This document shows, piece after piece, positions 39,147 to 49,336 of a stretch of 64,000 bases of DNA (position 1 is the stretch's first letter; each line of letters starts with the position of its first letter). The notes beneath the pieces were generated by a model. It was given only the letters and a program-made list of their open reading frames with translations, was not told the DNA's origin and made no database searches. Origin of the DNA: an uncultured Rhabdochlamydiaceae bacterium (GTDB lineage Bacteria > Chlamydiota > Chlamydiia > Chlamydiales > Rhabdochlamydiaceae); contig CAVQHD010000001.1 of NCBI GenBank assembly GCA_963712275.1, forward strand, positions 384,001-448,000. Direction: 5' to 3'. A program made the translations under genes and the position numbers.

Positions 39147-39806
39147 TCAGCGTTGTAACCAGTCTCCCATACGTTGTAGTTTGCGAGTTTTCTTCTCATA
39201 CATATCTGTTGCGATAAGCTCTAGTTTTGTGTTAATACCCAGGACAATTTTTTTCGGCAGCTTTACATAAAACAGAAGAGTTCCTTCAACTGGCGTCGTT
39301 TCGACAGAAGTAGCCTTTACTTTTAAATCCAAAGCATCGGATGCACAAATTTCAGCATTATTGTACACGCCATTAACTCTAAGTATTTCCGGAATTCGAG
39401 TTGATTGAGCGAGAATAGGAATTGCTTCATGTGGAATAACCATTAATGACCAGCTAGATACAAAGCTGGGCGCACCAGTGTTCCAAATTCGAATATTCAG
39501 TGCTATGCCGGTTAGAATTTGCTCGTTTACATTATCTGGAGTGAAAATATTGCCTCCCAGTATTGATAGATGTAATTCTGGTGGTAAAGTTGCCATATCT
39601 AGAGTTTTTTCTTTGGCTACCGGCATCTGTATGGTGTTATAATGATTATTGTTTATGGTTTCTGCTTGTTGAATGCGCCCTTCGCCAGAAGCAGCTGATT
39701 TCCAACGCTTTGAATTAGGGGCTTTTATATTATGGGAATTCTCTCTTACCCATGAAAATTTAGCTTTTAGAAGAGTGCCTATTCTACTGCAGAACTGTTC
39801 AAGCAT
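39147..39806 (-). CDS. Hypothetical protein
   Basis: ATG 39806 follows GGAGG; AT-rich; the track extends to 39947. Confidence 0.6.
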   Translation of the reverse strand: MLEQFCSRIGTLLKAKFSWVRENSHNIKAPNSKRWKSAASGEGRIQQAETINNNHYNTIQMPVAKEKTLDMATLPPELHLSILGGNIFTPDNVNEQILTGIALNIRIWNTGAPSFVSSWSLMVIPHEAIPILAQSTRIPEILRVNGVYNNAEICASDALDLKVKATSVETTPVEGTLLFYVKLPKKIVLGINTKLELIATDMYEKKTRKLQRMGDWLQR

Positions 39807-39909
39807 TTGATATTTCCTCCTATAAAAAAGCCGGGGGAATTTCCCGGCCTTGCGTTTTGGAAATGGGGAAATGCATTTACGGTCACCACTGTGATCACAA
39901 ACTCTCCTT

Positions 39910-40242
39910 TCAACGGCCTGACCTAGCAAGCCAAGCAAAACAATCAAAATAGCGGTCTAAATCTTCAAGCGATGTTTTGAATTCGTCGCTTCCGAGGGCA
40001 GCAGCGGCGAAGAGCTCGCGAGCTCGTAGAATTTCCCTTCGACGACCCTTCCACCGAGGATCTTCGATCGTAAGCCAAAATAAGTCCAAAGCTCGAGTGA
40101 TGGCACCCCAGTAGCGCGCTTGATTGCCCTTGGATCGAAGGGCTCGGCTGACTTCGCTCCCAATATTGGCCATTTGCTCAATGAGAGAAAACCTCGCCCA
40201 ACTTGCGCGGACAGATTCTAGGTGGTCTAAATCTGCAGTCAT
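39910..40242 (-). CDS. Small helical hypothetical protein (possibly HEPN/four-helix-like)
   Basis: WARFSLIEQMANIGSEVSRA...REILRARE; ATGA-coupled to the DUF5674 gene. Confidence 0.7.
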   Translation of the reverse strand: MTADLDHLESVRASWARFSLIEQMANIGSEVSRALRSKGNQARYWGAITRALDLFWLTIEDPRWKGRRREILRARELFAAAALGSDEFKTSLEDLDRYFDCFAWLARSGR

Positions 40243-40592
40243 GAGTGTTTGACCAATTGATTGACGATTTCTCGAATTTTTTGACAGATTGCAGGATCAT
40301 CAACCCCTCGAGAATCATTGCCATGAGATGGTCTCAAGTTGATTATAGAATCATATTCAATCCATTCATCTTCAGATTGCTGAAGGTAGAGGTTAATTCC
40401 CCAGAGGTTTGCTTGTCTTGATCCACTCTCTAAAAGGACCTCTTCCCCATCCGAATGCATGGTCATTCCCGCAATCATAATAGCTTTTTCCACATCGACG
40501 ACGACTTTGACTAAAGCACCACCCTTGCTTTTCAATTCCAGATCGAGAAGGTCGGCTTTTTGCACTTGTTGATCAATGATCTTTGTTGGCAT
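40239..40592 (-). CDS. DUF5674 family protein
   Basis: VKVVVDVE...MHSDGEEVLLESGSRQANLWGINLY...IEYDSIINLRPS matches the recalled family pattern. Confidence 0.75.
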   Translation of the reverse strand: MPTKIIDQQVQKADLLDLELKSKGGALVKVVVDVEKAIMIAGMTMHSDGEEVLLESGSRQANLWGINLYLQQSEDEWIEYDSIINLRPSHGNDSRGVDDPAICQKIREIVNQLVKHS

Positions 40593-40699
40593 ATCACACC
40601 CTCAAGAATTCCTGAGAATACCAGAAATGCTCTGGAAACGCAAGACCGAGATTTGAAACTTGAAAGACATTTGCTACAAAACAGTTATACCCCTAATGA

Positions 40700-41962
40700 T
40701 CAACTGGTAGATATTAACCATTTCCAAATTGGAATAACTAGAATCAGAAACCCCTGCATCTCTATGGTATTTTGTTCATTTTCCGTGAGGATGATTCCTT
40801 TGCGTAAGTTATAAGCCTTCATCGCTTCAATGAGACCTTCGATCTCTCGATTTTTTGTCTCTTCGTTAGAGAGATTTGTCGTCACTTGGATGGCTTGAGT
40901 GATCCGATAGCCTTCTCTAATAATGAAATCACATTCTTTCTTATCCTTGTGAAAGTAGATTTCTTTCGTTTGCATTCTAAGATGAAGAAATACAATATTC
41001 TCTAACAGGCGTCCTCTGTCTTCGCTGACCCGAAATCCGGCTGAGCGAATCAGGGCAGGATCAATCATGTAACATTTTTTGTTATATTGGATTTGTTTTT
41101 TGAGAGAATGACTATAGCGGTTTACAAAAAAGCAAAGGTAGCACAGCTCCAAATAATTGCAATAGTTCGCGATTGTATGAGGGCTGCTAAGGCCTACAAT
41201 TTTAGCTAGGTTTGTATAGCTAAACTCCTTCCCAATGTTGCTGGCTAAATAATAAACCACTTCTCGCAACGCTTTTTCATCATGAATCTTGTAGCGAGTA
41301 ATGATATCTCGATAGAGAATCCCTTCGAGTAGTTCCTTCAAGTATTCAGGTTTTTCAAATTTTATATATTCTGGAATCCCACCATTTTTTAAGTAGTTTG
41401 AAAAATGGTGTTGGATCATGCCAACATCACTCGTCGATAGAGCTTTTTTTGCAAGCACTTCAGGGAGTTTATGGTTGATGATTTCCTGAAACGAAAGAGG
41501 ATAGGCTTCGAGTTGAATGTATCTACCTGTTAAATGGGTACCCAATTCCTTGCTTAAGAGCCTTGCGTTTGACCCAGTAATGTAAATCTTTTTCCCTTGC
41601 TCATAGAGTCTTCGTATGAAGCGTTCCCAACCTTCGACATTTTGAATTTCGTCAAAATAAAATGTCGATTGATCACCAAATACTTCTATGAAAACTTCCA
41701 ATAACATTTGAAAGTCTTCAACCTGGAACTGAACTAATCGGTCGTCATCGAAATTGAGATAATAATCTGACTTTGCACGCTCTAGCTGTAAAACGCGTTG
41801 AATTGTCGATTTCCCCGACCTTCTGATTCCGCTGATGATGATGATATTGGGATCGTCTATAAAACGGTGGATAGTCTTTGTCAATGTGCGGGCAAAAAAG
41901 TCCTTGGGAGGTCTGTACTCCCGTTGATCGGCTAACACTTGTTTGAGGACGTCTCGTTCCAT
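40700..41962 (-). CDS. AAA+ ATPase (AAA_14 + DUF4143)
   Basis: GIRRSGKST, FDEIQ, ITGSN, LTGR, GGIPE, LLENIVF, ECDFI; ATG 41962 chosen. Confidence 0.9.
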   Translation of the reverse strand: MERDVLKQVLADQREYRPPKDFFARTLTKTIHRFIDDPNIIIISGIRRSGKSTIQRVLQLERAKSDYYLNFDDDRLVQFQVEDFQMLLEVFIEVFGDQSTFYFDEIQNVEGWERFIRRLYEQGKKIYITGSNARLLSKELGTHLTGRYIQLEAYPLSFQEIINHKLPEVLAKKALSTSDVGMIQHHFSNYLKNGGIPEYIKFEKPEYLKELLEGILYRDIITRYKIHDEKALREVVYYLASNIGKEFSYTNLAKIVGLSSPHTIANYCNYLELCYLCFFVNRYSHSLKKQIQYNKKCYMIDPALIRSAGFRVSEDRGRLLENIVFLHLRMQTKEIYFHKDKKECDFIIREGYRITQAIQVTTNLSNEETKNREIEGLIEAMKAYNLRKGIILTENEQNTIEMQGFLILVIPIWKWLISTS

Positions 41963-42074
41963 TTCCTTGATTATACCAGATAACCGTGCGTTGTCAATGC
42001 AGGCTTTAGCCAATAACCGTGCATTATTAATGCACGCTATTGCATAACAGCCTTAATATAAGGGAATTAGGTCT

Positions 42075-42377
42075 TTATCTTCCATAGATAGGTTTTGCTT
42101 TTGTCAGGACTTCATTCCGGAAGAGAGGGCTTAAATCATTTGGAGTTTTTAAATCTACTTGTCGTCCAATAATTTCACCAAGTTCCGATTCAATACCAGC
42201 AAAGCTGAAAAGGTGAGGAATATGTTTTTTTTCGAACTTGACCAATACGTCTATATCACTTTTTGCTGAGAAATTTGAAGTTAAAACAGAGCCAAAAAGA
42301 GCCAAATAAACGATGTGATATTTTTTGCAAAATTTTTCAATTTTGCGTTTATCTAAATTGATAGAACTTTTTCCCAC
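42075..42377 (-). CDS. Minimal nucleotidyltransferase (MNT antitoxin-type)
   Basis: LALFGSVL....SDIDVLV, GRQVDL; GTG 42377 follows AGAGG. Confidence 0.88.
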   Translation of the reverse strand: MGKSSINLDKRKIEKFCKKYHIVYLALFGSVLTSNFSAKSDIDVLVKFEKKHIPHLFSFAGIESELGEIIGRQVDLKTPNDLSPLFRNEVLTKAKPIYGR

Positions 42378-42607
42378 GACTATACCTCTTTTATCTTGTT
42401 GCCGCTGGGTTAAAGAGGAAATCGACAACCTCCGCATACCTCAGTCTTTAGCTCCCTAGTCGAAGCCTTTTACCCCTGAATTTATTGTATCATAATGCGA
42501 TATAGTCCACCATGAGAACTTATCCCGATAAAAAGTTTCGGTCGATTTTCGGACCTGGTTCAAAAGAGCCCGAAAGTTGACAGAACTTAGTTTTGAAAGA
42601 GGTCTTG

Positions 42608-43480
42608 ATGAATAATGACCCTATTGGAATTTTTGATTCTGGCTTTGGAGGGCTGACAGTTCTCAAAGAGCTTCAGCGAGTACTTCCTTATGAGCAGATG
42701 ATTTATGTTGGCGATACCGCTCATCTTCCGTATGGCACAAAAAGCCGTGAAACCATCACTCGGTATTCCCTAGAAAATTGCTCTTTTCTCGCCAGCCAAG
42801 GCGTTAAATTGATCGTCATTGCCTGCAATACAGCAACTTCCATGGCGCTGAATACCCTACAAGCTCATTTTTCCATTCCACTGATTGGCGTGATTGATCC
42901 TGTCATTGAATCCCTTGTCAAGCCGCCCAAGCCTACAGGGGAGATGCGGATTGGGATTTTAGGAACACAAGCTACCGTCATGTCAAACGTCTATCAGAAA
43001 AAAATCCACCACCATCTTCCCAATAGCAAGCTCATCGCCGTTCCCTCTCCCCTCCTTGTCAACCTCGTTGAAGAGGGGTTTATCGACCATCCGATGACGC
43101 ATCTTGCAATTGAAGAGTATCTGGAGCCTCTCCTCCAGGCAGGCGTTGATACCATTATCCTTGCCTGCACCCACTTTCCCCTTCTCAAAGACCTCATTGA
43201 GCAAGCCGCCAGCTCCCACGTGCAAGTGATCGACCCCGCCCTTGCCTGCGCGCAAGCCGTCAAAGCCACCTTGCACAAACTCGATCTCCTATCGACAAAT
43301 AGAGATGCCTCCAATCCTCTATTTTATGTCTCAGACGACCCAGATAAATTCCAGCGGCTTGGCTCCCAGTTTCTCAAACACCCCATCGCCGATGTTCATC
43401 TCTATTGCGCATCCCAAAGAGCTGACAGCGGAATGGCAATCCGATCCTTTCGCAGCGCAACGACTTCCTTGCCCGGATAA
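42608..43480 (+). CDS. murI: Glutamate racemase
   Basis: IGIFDSGFGGLTV, PYGTKS, VIACNTA, LACTHFP. Confidence 0.96.
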   Translation: MNNDPIGIFDSGFGGLTVLKELQRVLPYEQMIYVGDTAHLPYGTKSRETITRYSLENCSFLASQGVKLIVIACNTATSMALNTLQAHFSIPLIGVIDPVIESLVKPPKPTGEMRIGILGTQATVMSNVYQKKIHHHLPNSKLIAVPSPLLVNLVEEGFIDHPMTHLAIEEYLEPLLQAGVDTIILACTHFPLLKDLIEQAASSHVQVIDPALACAQAVKATLHKLDLLSTNRDASNPLFYVSDDPDKFQRLGSQFLKHPIADVHLYCASQRADSGMAIRSFRSATTSLPG

Positions 43481-44637
43481 AGAATAATTCCCCGAATCAT
43501 TTTATCTCCCATTTCCTCGCCTAAAAAATCAAGCCCTTTCCAATCCTCTGAAGAAATTGTTTCTGAAGACTTGACTTCGATACCTACAATTTGTCCAGCG
43601 CGGTTCTCTAAGACAATATCCACCTCAACACCTACTTGCGTGCGATAGTGATAAAGCTCTATAGGATAAAGAGCCCAACTAGAAAGTTTCTTTAATTCGA
43701 GAAAAACAAAATTTTCCAAGATGGGTCCTAGCAATCTTCCATTTTCTAAAATCGCCTCGTTTCCCACTCTCAATTGATTAATTAATAATCCCGTGTCGCC
43801 AAAATAAATCTTGGGCATTTTAATCAAACGTTTTGTTCGATTAAGATGCCAAGCAGGTTGCCGTATAATAAGAAATAAAGCTTCTAAAAGAGCCATATAA
43901 TGATTTAGAGTTGTATAAGGAATCGAGGCAATCCGGCTTAATTCGGATAAATTTAATAAATTCGAGCTGCGGGCAGCTAAAATAGTGAGTATTTTAGCAA
44001 GATCTCTAGGCCGTCCAATATTTGCTAAATCTTGAACATCCCTTTCTAAAATTGTCGTTAATAAATTATCATACCATCGATCTCTCATAACAGAGTCCAA
44101 AACAAGTGCATTTGGATACCCTCCTGCGGAAAAAACTTCGATCATATTCTTCCGGCTCCAATGAACTCCTTCTGAAAAGACCGCAGCAGGATCAAATATC
44201 CGTTCTAAAAACCGAGATTTTTTTTGCTGAATTTCACTCATGGAAAGAGGCCACATATGGAGAATGAACATCCGACCTGCTAATGAATCATTCAGTTTTG
44301 GCGCTACCAAAGGATTGGCCGATCCAGTTAGTCCGAAAGAACCAGGAACTCTCTCTTCATCAATAGATAACTTGATGGGAAGCGCGATTTCAGGAGCTCT
44401 TTGCACTTCATCGATAATCACCGGCCTTACAAGCGCTCCAACAAACCCTTCCGGGTCTTCCTGGGCCGCTGCAAGCTGTTTGAGAGTATCGAATGTGAGG
44501 TAATTCATCCTAAGTTCCTCACCAATCTCCCGCATGAGAGTTGTCTTTCCACTCTGGCGCGGGCCAATCAGAAGAGTCACAGGACTCACTTTAAATGCTT
44601 GTAATAGAGTCTCTTTTAGATACCTAGGGTATTCCAT
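43402..44637 (-). CDS. AAA+ ATPase (AAA_14 + DUF4143)
   Basis: GPRQSGKTT, IDEVQ, TGSAN, SLAGR, GGYP, KIYFGDTG, EVDIVLE..GIEVK. Confidence 0.92.
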   Translation of the reverse strand: MEYPRYLKETLLQAFKVSPVTLLIGPRQSGKTTLMREIGEELRMNYLTFDTLKQLAAAQEDPEGFVGALVRPVIIDEVQRAPEIALPIKLSIDEERVPGSFGLTGSANPLVAPKLNDSLAGRMFILHMWPLSMSEIQQKKSRFLERIFDPAAVFSEGVHWSRKNMIEVFSAGGYPNALVLDSVMRDRWYDNLLTTILERDVQDLANIGRPRDLAKILTILAARSSNLLNLSELSRIASIPYTTLNHYMALLEALFLIIRQPAWHLNRTKRLIKMPKIYFGDTGLLINQLRVGNEAILENGRLLGPILENFVFLELKKLSSWALYPIELYHYRTQVGVEVDIVLENRAGQIVGIEVKSSETISSEDWKGLDFLGEEMGDKMIRGIILYPGKEVVALRKDRIAIPLSALWDAQ

Positions 44638-44728
44638 GCAAAATTATCCGCCTTTTGGATAGATATTATCCGTGCAGCCGATAATTTTACATAAAAATCA
44701 TAACTCATTGAAAATCAATTTGATTAAT

Positions 44729-44821
44729 ACAAGTTTTTCTGAGAATGCCAAGAAAAACTGAATGTATTGCAACTTTTCCTCAGTATGTCCAATTTTTCTG
44801 GACATTCTCAGGAAAACTTGT
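44729..44821. repeat. Imperfect palindromic intergenic element
   Basis: ACAAGTTTTTCTGAGAATGCCAAGAAAAACTG ... CAATTTTTCTGGACATTCTCAGGAAAACTTGT. Confidence 0.65.
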
Positions 44822-44831
44822 CTAATTAAGT

Positions 44832-46550
44832 TTATTTCTTTCGCAAGGACAGGATGGTCCCATGTTCTGAAGAGCGCGCGTCGACATAGAGAAATGAATC
44901 TGCTCCTCCTTTAAAAAGCGAGAAGAGGCGCGAGGTGGGCTGCAAGGTGTCGGGAAGGGTTTCTGAATCGACCATGATGCACGGGTTGATCGATTCGCTT
45001 GCCAAGGTTTTGGCTTTTTCAAGAAGGGGCGTAAGGGTCTCATCTGAGGGAATGAGGTGGATGGAATAAAAAGCCCAGCTGAACCAAGGAAACCGCCTTT
45101 TGACCCCTTGCCGAAGAAGCAGATGGACATTGGGACCTACGCTTAAGAGAAGAAGCGCTTTGAACCAGGAAGCCTTGGAAAGGATTAAAATGGCCTGCGG
45201 ATTTTTTTCAAGCAGCTCGAGGTTTTCTGTCTTAAGGCGCGCAAACGGTTTCAAAAGATGGCGAGCAATAAAGGGGAGCGCAAGATCTGAGAGCCGAGAA
45301 ATCATCAGGAGCGATAACAACAGCGTGAGAATTCCAATAAAGCCAAATCCTTGAGCAGGAGAAAGGCCTAAGATGGTACTGAAAAAAAAGAGGGCAAAAG
45401 AGGCTACGAGCACTCCGCCAAAACTCAAAAAATTGTTTGCAGCAATGATCTCTCCTCTCCTTTCATCAGGACTATAGAGCTGAACAAAAGAGTCAAAAGG
45501 AACAATGAAGAGCCCTCCGCAAATTCCAAGCGCAATGAGAAACGAGACAACAATAAAAAGATCTTTGTAGCAAAAAGAAAGGAGAAGTAAGAGAGCCGCA
45601 ATGAAAAGCCCCGCAAAGCATGAGAGACCGAGTTCAACTCTTTTTTTAGACACTTTCCCACCGATCAAAGACCCGATTGCAATTCCCAGCGCAATCGGCA
45701 GGAAAAGGTACCCCCCTGCAATCTCTGTCAGATGGAGCGAGTTAATCGCAAAGGGAATAATATTGAGCTGCGCAAAGGAGCCCACAAAAAGAAAATAGGC
45801 CGATCCAAGCATTGCGATAAGCAGGTGCTTTCTAGTTCGGCAAAAACGGAGCGTTCTAAAAATTTCCCGAATGAAAAGCCACTGAGGATTTTTGTGATTC
45901 TGTTGCGCAGGCGTTAGGCGAATGCCAAATGTGGAGATAAAACCAATCAGCGCGATCAAAAAACAGGCAACGGCGACAAAGACATAGTGTTTAGAGCTAA
46001 CTTCAGATAGAAACGAGGCTAAAAAGGTTCCAACGATGATCCCCAAATAGGTGAAAGAGGTGATCAGTCCATTCGCAGAGGAGACTTTATCCTGTGGAAC
46101 AAGTTCTGCAATAATCGCATACTTGGAAGGGCCTAGTATTGCGCTATGGGTTGCAAGCACGAATAGAAGGGAATAGCTGGCCCACACACTTTTAACGCCA
46201 AATGCAACCATTGCCAAAATCATGATGATCATCTCAATGACCTTCATTCCCATCAAAAGTTTTTGTTTACTAAACCGATCTGCAAGAGATCCTGCCGCCG
46301 AAGAAAACAAAAGAAAGGGGATGACAAAAATCGCTCCAGCAATCGACATAATAGTGCTTGCATGCTCCTTTCCCAAGATGTCGATTAAAAGAAAAGCAAT
46401 GACAAATTTGAAGATGTTATCATTCAGGACTCCCATAAATTGGGAAATATTGAGAAAATGGAGCGAATGCTTATCAGGTCTAGAAAAACCCGGAATTTTA
46501 GATAGAAATTTAGATAGCCATTGATAGAGTGGTTTAGGTAAAAGCACCAT
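44832..46550 (-). CDS. MFS transporter, LplT/Aas-type
   Basis: SQFMGVLNDNIFK, AGSLADRFSK, GPSKYAII, SANG, IIAANN; degenerate C-terminal extension. Confidence 0.88.
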   Translation of the reverse strand: MVLLPKPLYQWLSKFLSKIPGFSRPDKHSLHFLNISQFMGVLNDNIFKFVIAFLLIDILGKEHASTIMSIAGAIFVIPFLLFSSAAGSLADRFSKQKLLMGMKVIEMIIMILAMVAFGVKSVWASYSLLFVLATHSAILGPSKYAIIAELVPQDKVSSANGLITSFTYLGIIVGTFLASFLSEVSSKHYVFVAVACFLIALIGFISTFGIRLTPAQQNHKNPQWLFIREIFRTLRFCRTRKHLLIAMLGSAYFLFVGSFAQLNIIPFAINSLHLTEIAGGYLFLPIALGIAIGSLIGGKVSKKRVELGLSCFAGLFIAALLLLLSFCYKDLFIVVSFLIALGICGGLFIVPFDSFVQLYSPDERRGEIIAANNFLSFGGVLVASFALFFFSTILGLSPAQGFGFIGILTLLLSLLMISRLSDLALPFIARHLLKPFARLKTENLELLEKNPQAILILSKASWFKALLLLSVGPNVHLLLRQGVKRRFPWFSWAFYSIHLIPSDETLTPLLEKAKTLASESINPCIMVDSETLPDTLQPTSRLFSLFKGGADSFLYVDARSSEHGTILSLRKK

Positions 46551-46585
46551 AGAACGAACTTTAGCAGGAACAATTTAAGACCACC

Positions 46586-49336
46586 ATGAAAGATTTTGGG
46601 AAAGTTTTTCTCTCAAACCAGCTCCATACGCTTTCTGATATGCTATGTCAGAAATTATTTAACTCTTCATCAAATCCTTTAGAGAAACGGTGGCTGATTG
46701 TTCCAAGCGAAGAAATCAAACTCGATCTTTATCTACGGTGGCTTTCAAAAATCGATGTTGTGACAGGAATCAATACCGTGACCTATGGAGAATTGATTCG
46801 AACCCTTTTTCCAGCAATTCCTTCCAAAATGGAGCTCTTTCTCCGGATTCAAACAGCGCTTGGCACAGCTCAAGAGTTGACTTCTTACCTAAAAGGAGGC
46901 GGGGATTTAAGAAAACTCGATCTCTGCGAAGAGCTTAGCTCCCTTTTCCTCCGCTATCTTCAAAAACCTAAACAAGAGATTCTAGAATGGCTTCAAAAAG
47001 AGGGATGGCAGCAACACCTTTGGAAAGAGATTTTTAAAGAAACTTTTCCAACAGAGGTTGTGAGGTCGCTGCCAGGCGCCTTTTTTTTCTATCACATCTC
47101 AAAAATCACCCCCCATGAGTGGGAGGTGTTTTCAAAAATGGAGACTTTTTGGTTTCTCTTTTCCCCAAGCGAAATGTATTTAGGCGACTTCCAAACCGAA
47201 AGAGAGCAGCTCTACCTTCTTCGGCAAGCGAAGGGGAGCGCTCGAGATGATCTTGCCCATTACTTTGAACAAGATTCTTCACTGCTGTCCAACTGGGGAA
47301 AAGAGGGGAGACGTTTTCTCCGCTTATTTGAAGATGTTGAAACAGTTGAGCTCTTTGAGCCGCCTTGTGGCACATCAGCTCTTCATCTGCTTCAAACAGA
47401 GTGGTTAACTCTTGAGAAAAAACAAAATGAGCTGGATCTTTCGATGCAACTCCACTCGGCATCCAGTTTATCTCAGGAAGTGGAAGTCGTCTGGGAAGTG
47501 ATTCAGCAGCTTCCCTTTGCACCTGAGGAGATTCTCGTGCTGGCCCCTGATATTCAACCTTATACAAGTAGCATCGAATGGATCTTTAAAGAGCGGGGCG
47601 GCCTCTATAAAATCATAGGGGTAGAGGCTGAAACAAATTCTCTCTTGCTGCAGGCGATGCATGCCCTCTTAGATCTTCCCAAATACCGGTTTTCACGCCG
47701 CGCTTTCGAAAAGCTTCTTCTTTGTCCCCCATTTATGAAACAGTTTCATTTAACCTTTGAAGAGGCTGAAACGATCTCCGAGTGGATGTCGGAGGGTTGT
47801 TTAAGATACGGGTTTTCAGATCTGAAAAGAGTCGTCGAAGCTCTAGTGCTAAATCAACAATTCTCCATTGATTTTTCCGATGCGCCTCTTTTAAGCCGGT
47901 GGATTGCAATGACCTCAAAACTAGAGGAATTGTTAGGAGACCTTCACCCAAGAACTGGAGAGGCATGGGCCGATTGGATAGAGCAGTGCGTCCAAAGTTT
48001 TTTTGCCTCTGACGAAGAAACCGGTATTTTAAGCGCGATGCTCTCGGCTCTTCGACATAAACAAATGGAAGGAGAGTTTCCTTTCCTGGCAGTCGAAAAA
48101 CTTTTTCAAACGACGTTTATCACTCGGACCGGCTCTATCCATCGATCCAGCCCTCAAGCCACCCGTTTTACATCGATCAATCCAGGGTCTCTGACCTCTG
48201 CAAAAGCGATCATCCTCATGGGAATGCAAGAGGGAGCTTTTCCACGAAGCGACTCTCCTTCTTCTCTCTCTTCATTTTCTCTTCCTAATCGCCTTGATGA
48301 AGACCGGGCTCTTTTTTTAGAGGCGATTGCTCACGCAGAGGAAAAGCTCATCTTGACCTACTCTCGATGCCACCCTGAAGATGGGAAAGAAATGCGCCCT
48401 TCTTCTCTTGTGGAAGCGCTCTCAAAAGATCGCGGAGGCCTCACGACATTTATCCATGAAAAACGGTACGTTGGACCTAAGAAAACAAGTCCTGCAAAAT
48501 ATCAGCCGCTATCCACTGCTTTGAAGCAAACAATCGATCTGAGAATGCTCAAAAAGTTGGCCCGGCATCCTGTAAAGTTTTTCTTTGAGTCGTCGGTAGG
48601 AATTCGATTTCCCTGGAAGGAGTCTGAATCCGAATTTCTTCTCTCCCCTCTTGAAATGCACCGTCTTCGAACGGCCTCTTTAACACGCGAAGAACTTGAG
48701 CGGCAAGGAAAGCTTCCCGAGGGAGTGTTCAGAGAAGTCGCCCTCCAATCCATCGAAGCGCAGCTTGAAGATTACCGAAAAGCGCTTGATAAGTTGGAGA
48801 TCGACCCCGCATCTCTCTTCTCGATTGAGCTCCACCCTCTTTGCCTTGCCCCCACCCAAATCTCAAAGGACCGGTTTGTTTACCCCTCTCTTAAAATCCA
48901 AGCTCCCTCAGGAGAGGTCAAAGAGCTTCAAGGAACGATCGAAAACCTTTCTGATAAAGGGCTTGTGATCCATGGAGAAAACTCTTTGGAAGAGATGCTC
49001 AAACAGTGGCCCATTTATTGCGTATCTCAAGCGGTTTTAGGAGAGAAGGGCTCCTCTCTTTGCCTGACAAAAAAAGCCGCGGTGGCCCACGTTAAAATCG
49101 AGAACCCCTTGGAAGCTCTGAGCCGGTATCTGGGGTATCTGCAGAAAAGCTTAGAAACACCCTCTCCTCTACTTCCAGCCTGGGGGCGCCGCCTCTTTAA
49201 AGGAGAAGAGCTTCCGGCAAAACCAGAGGATGACATCCTTGAGTGGGCCGAGAGAAGAGCTCTTCTCCCTTCTCCTCATGAATGGGCACGGGAGTGGAGA
49301 CCCTATTTACAGGAGGTTTTTCGTGAGCTCCTTTGA
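46586..49336 (+). CDS. recC: Exodeoxyribonuclease V gamma subunit
   Basis: FLSNQL, LLSNWGKEGR, EILVLAPDI..Y, LMGMQEGAFPR, DRALFLEA; immediately upstream of recB. Confidence 0.88.
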   Translation: MKDFGKVFLSNQLHTLSDMLCQKLFNSSSNPLEKRWLIVPSEEIKLDLYLRWLSKIDVVTGINTVTYGELIRTLFPAIPSKMELFLRIQTALGTAQELTSYLKGGGDLRKLDLCEELSSLFLRYLQKPKQEILEWLQKEGWQQHLWKEIFKETFPTEVVRSLPGAFFFYHISKITPHEWEVFSKMETFWFLFSPSEMYLGDFQTEREQLYLLRQAKGSARDDLAHYFEQDSSLLSNWGKEGRRFLRLFEDVETVELFEPPCGTSALHLLQTEWLTLEKKQNELDLSMQLHSASSLSQEVEVVWEVIQQLPFAPEEILVLAPDIQPYTSSIEWIFKERGGLYKIIGVEAETNSLLLQAMHALLDLPKYRFSRRAFEKLLLCPPFMKQFHLTFEEAETISEWMSEGCLRYGFSDLKRVVEALVLNQQFSIDFSDAPLLSRWIAMTSKLEELLGDLHPRTGEAWADWIEQCVQSFFASDEETGILSAMLSALRHKQMEGEFPFLAVEKLFQTTFITRTGSIHRSSPQATRFTSINPGSLTSAKAIILMGMQEGAFPRSDSPSSLSSFSLPNRLDEDRALFLEAIAHAEEKLILTYSRCHPEDGKEMRPSSLVEALSKDRGGLTTFIHEKRYVGPKKTSPAKYQPLSTALKQTIDLRMLKKLARHPVKFFFESSVGIRFPWKESESEFLLSPLEMHRLRTASLTREELERQGKLPEGVFREVALQSIEAQLEDYRKALDKLEIDPASLFSIELHPLCLAPTQISKDRFVYPSLKIQAPSGEVKELQGTIENLSDKGLVIHGENSLEEMLKQWPIYCVSQAVLGEKGSSLCLTKKAAVAHVKIENPLEALSRYLGYLQKSLETPSPLLPAWGRRLFKGEELPAKPEDDILEWAERRALLPSPHEWAREWRPYLQEVFRELL

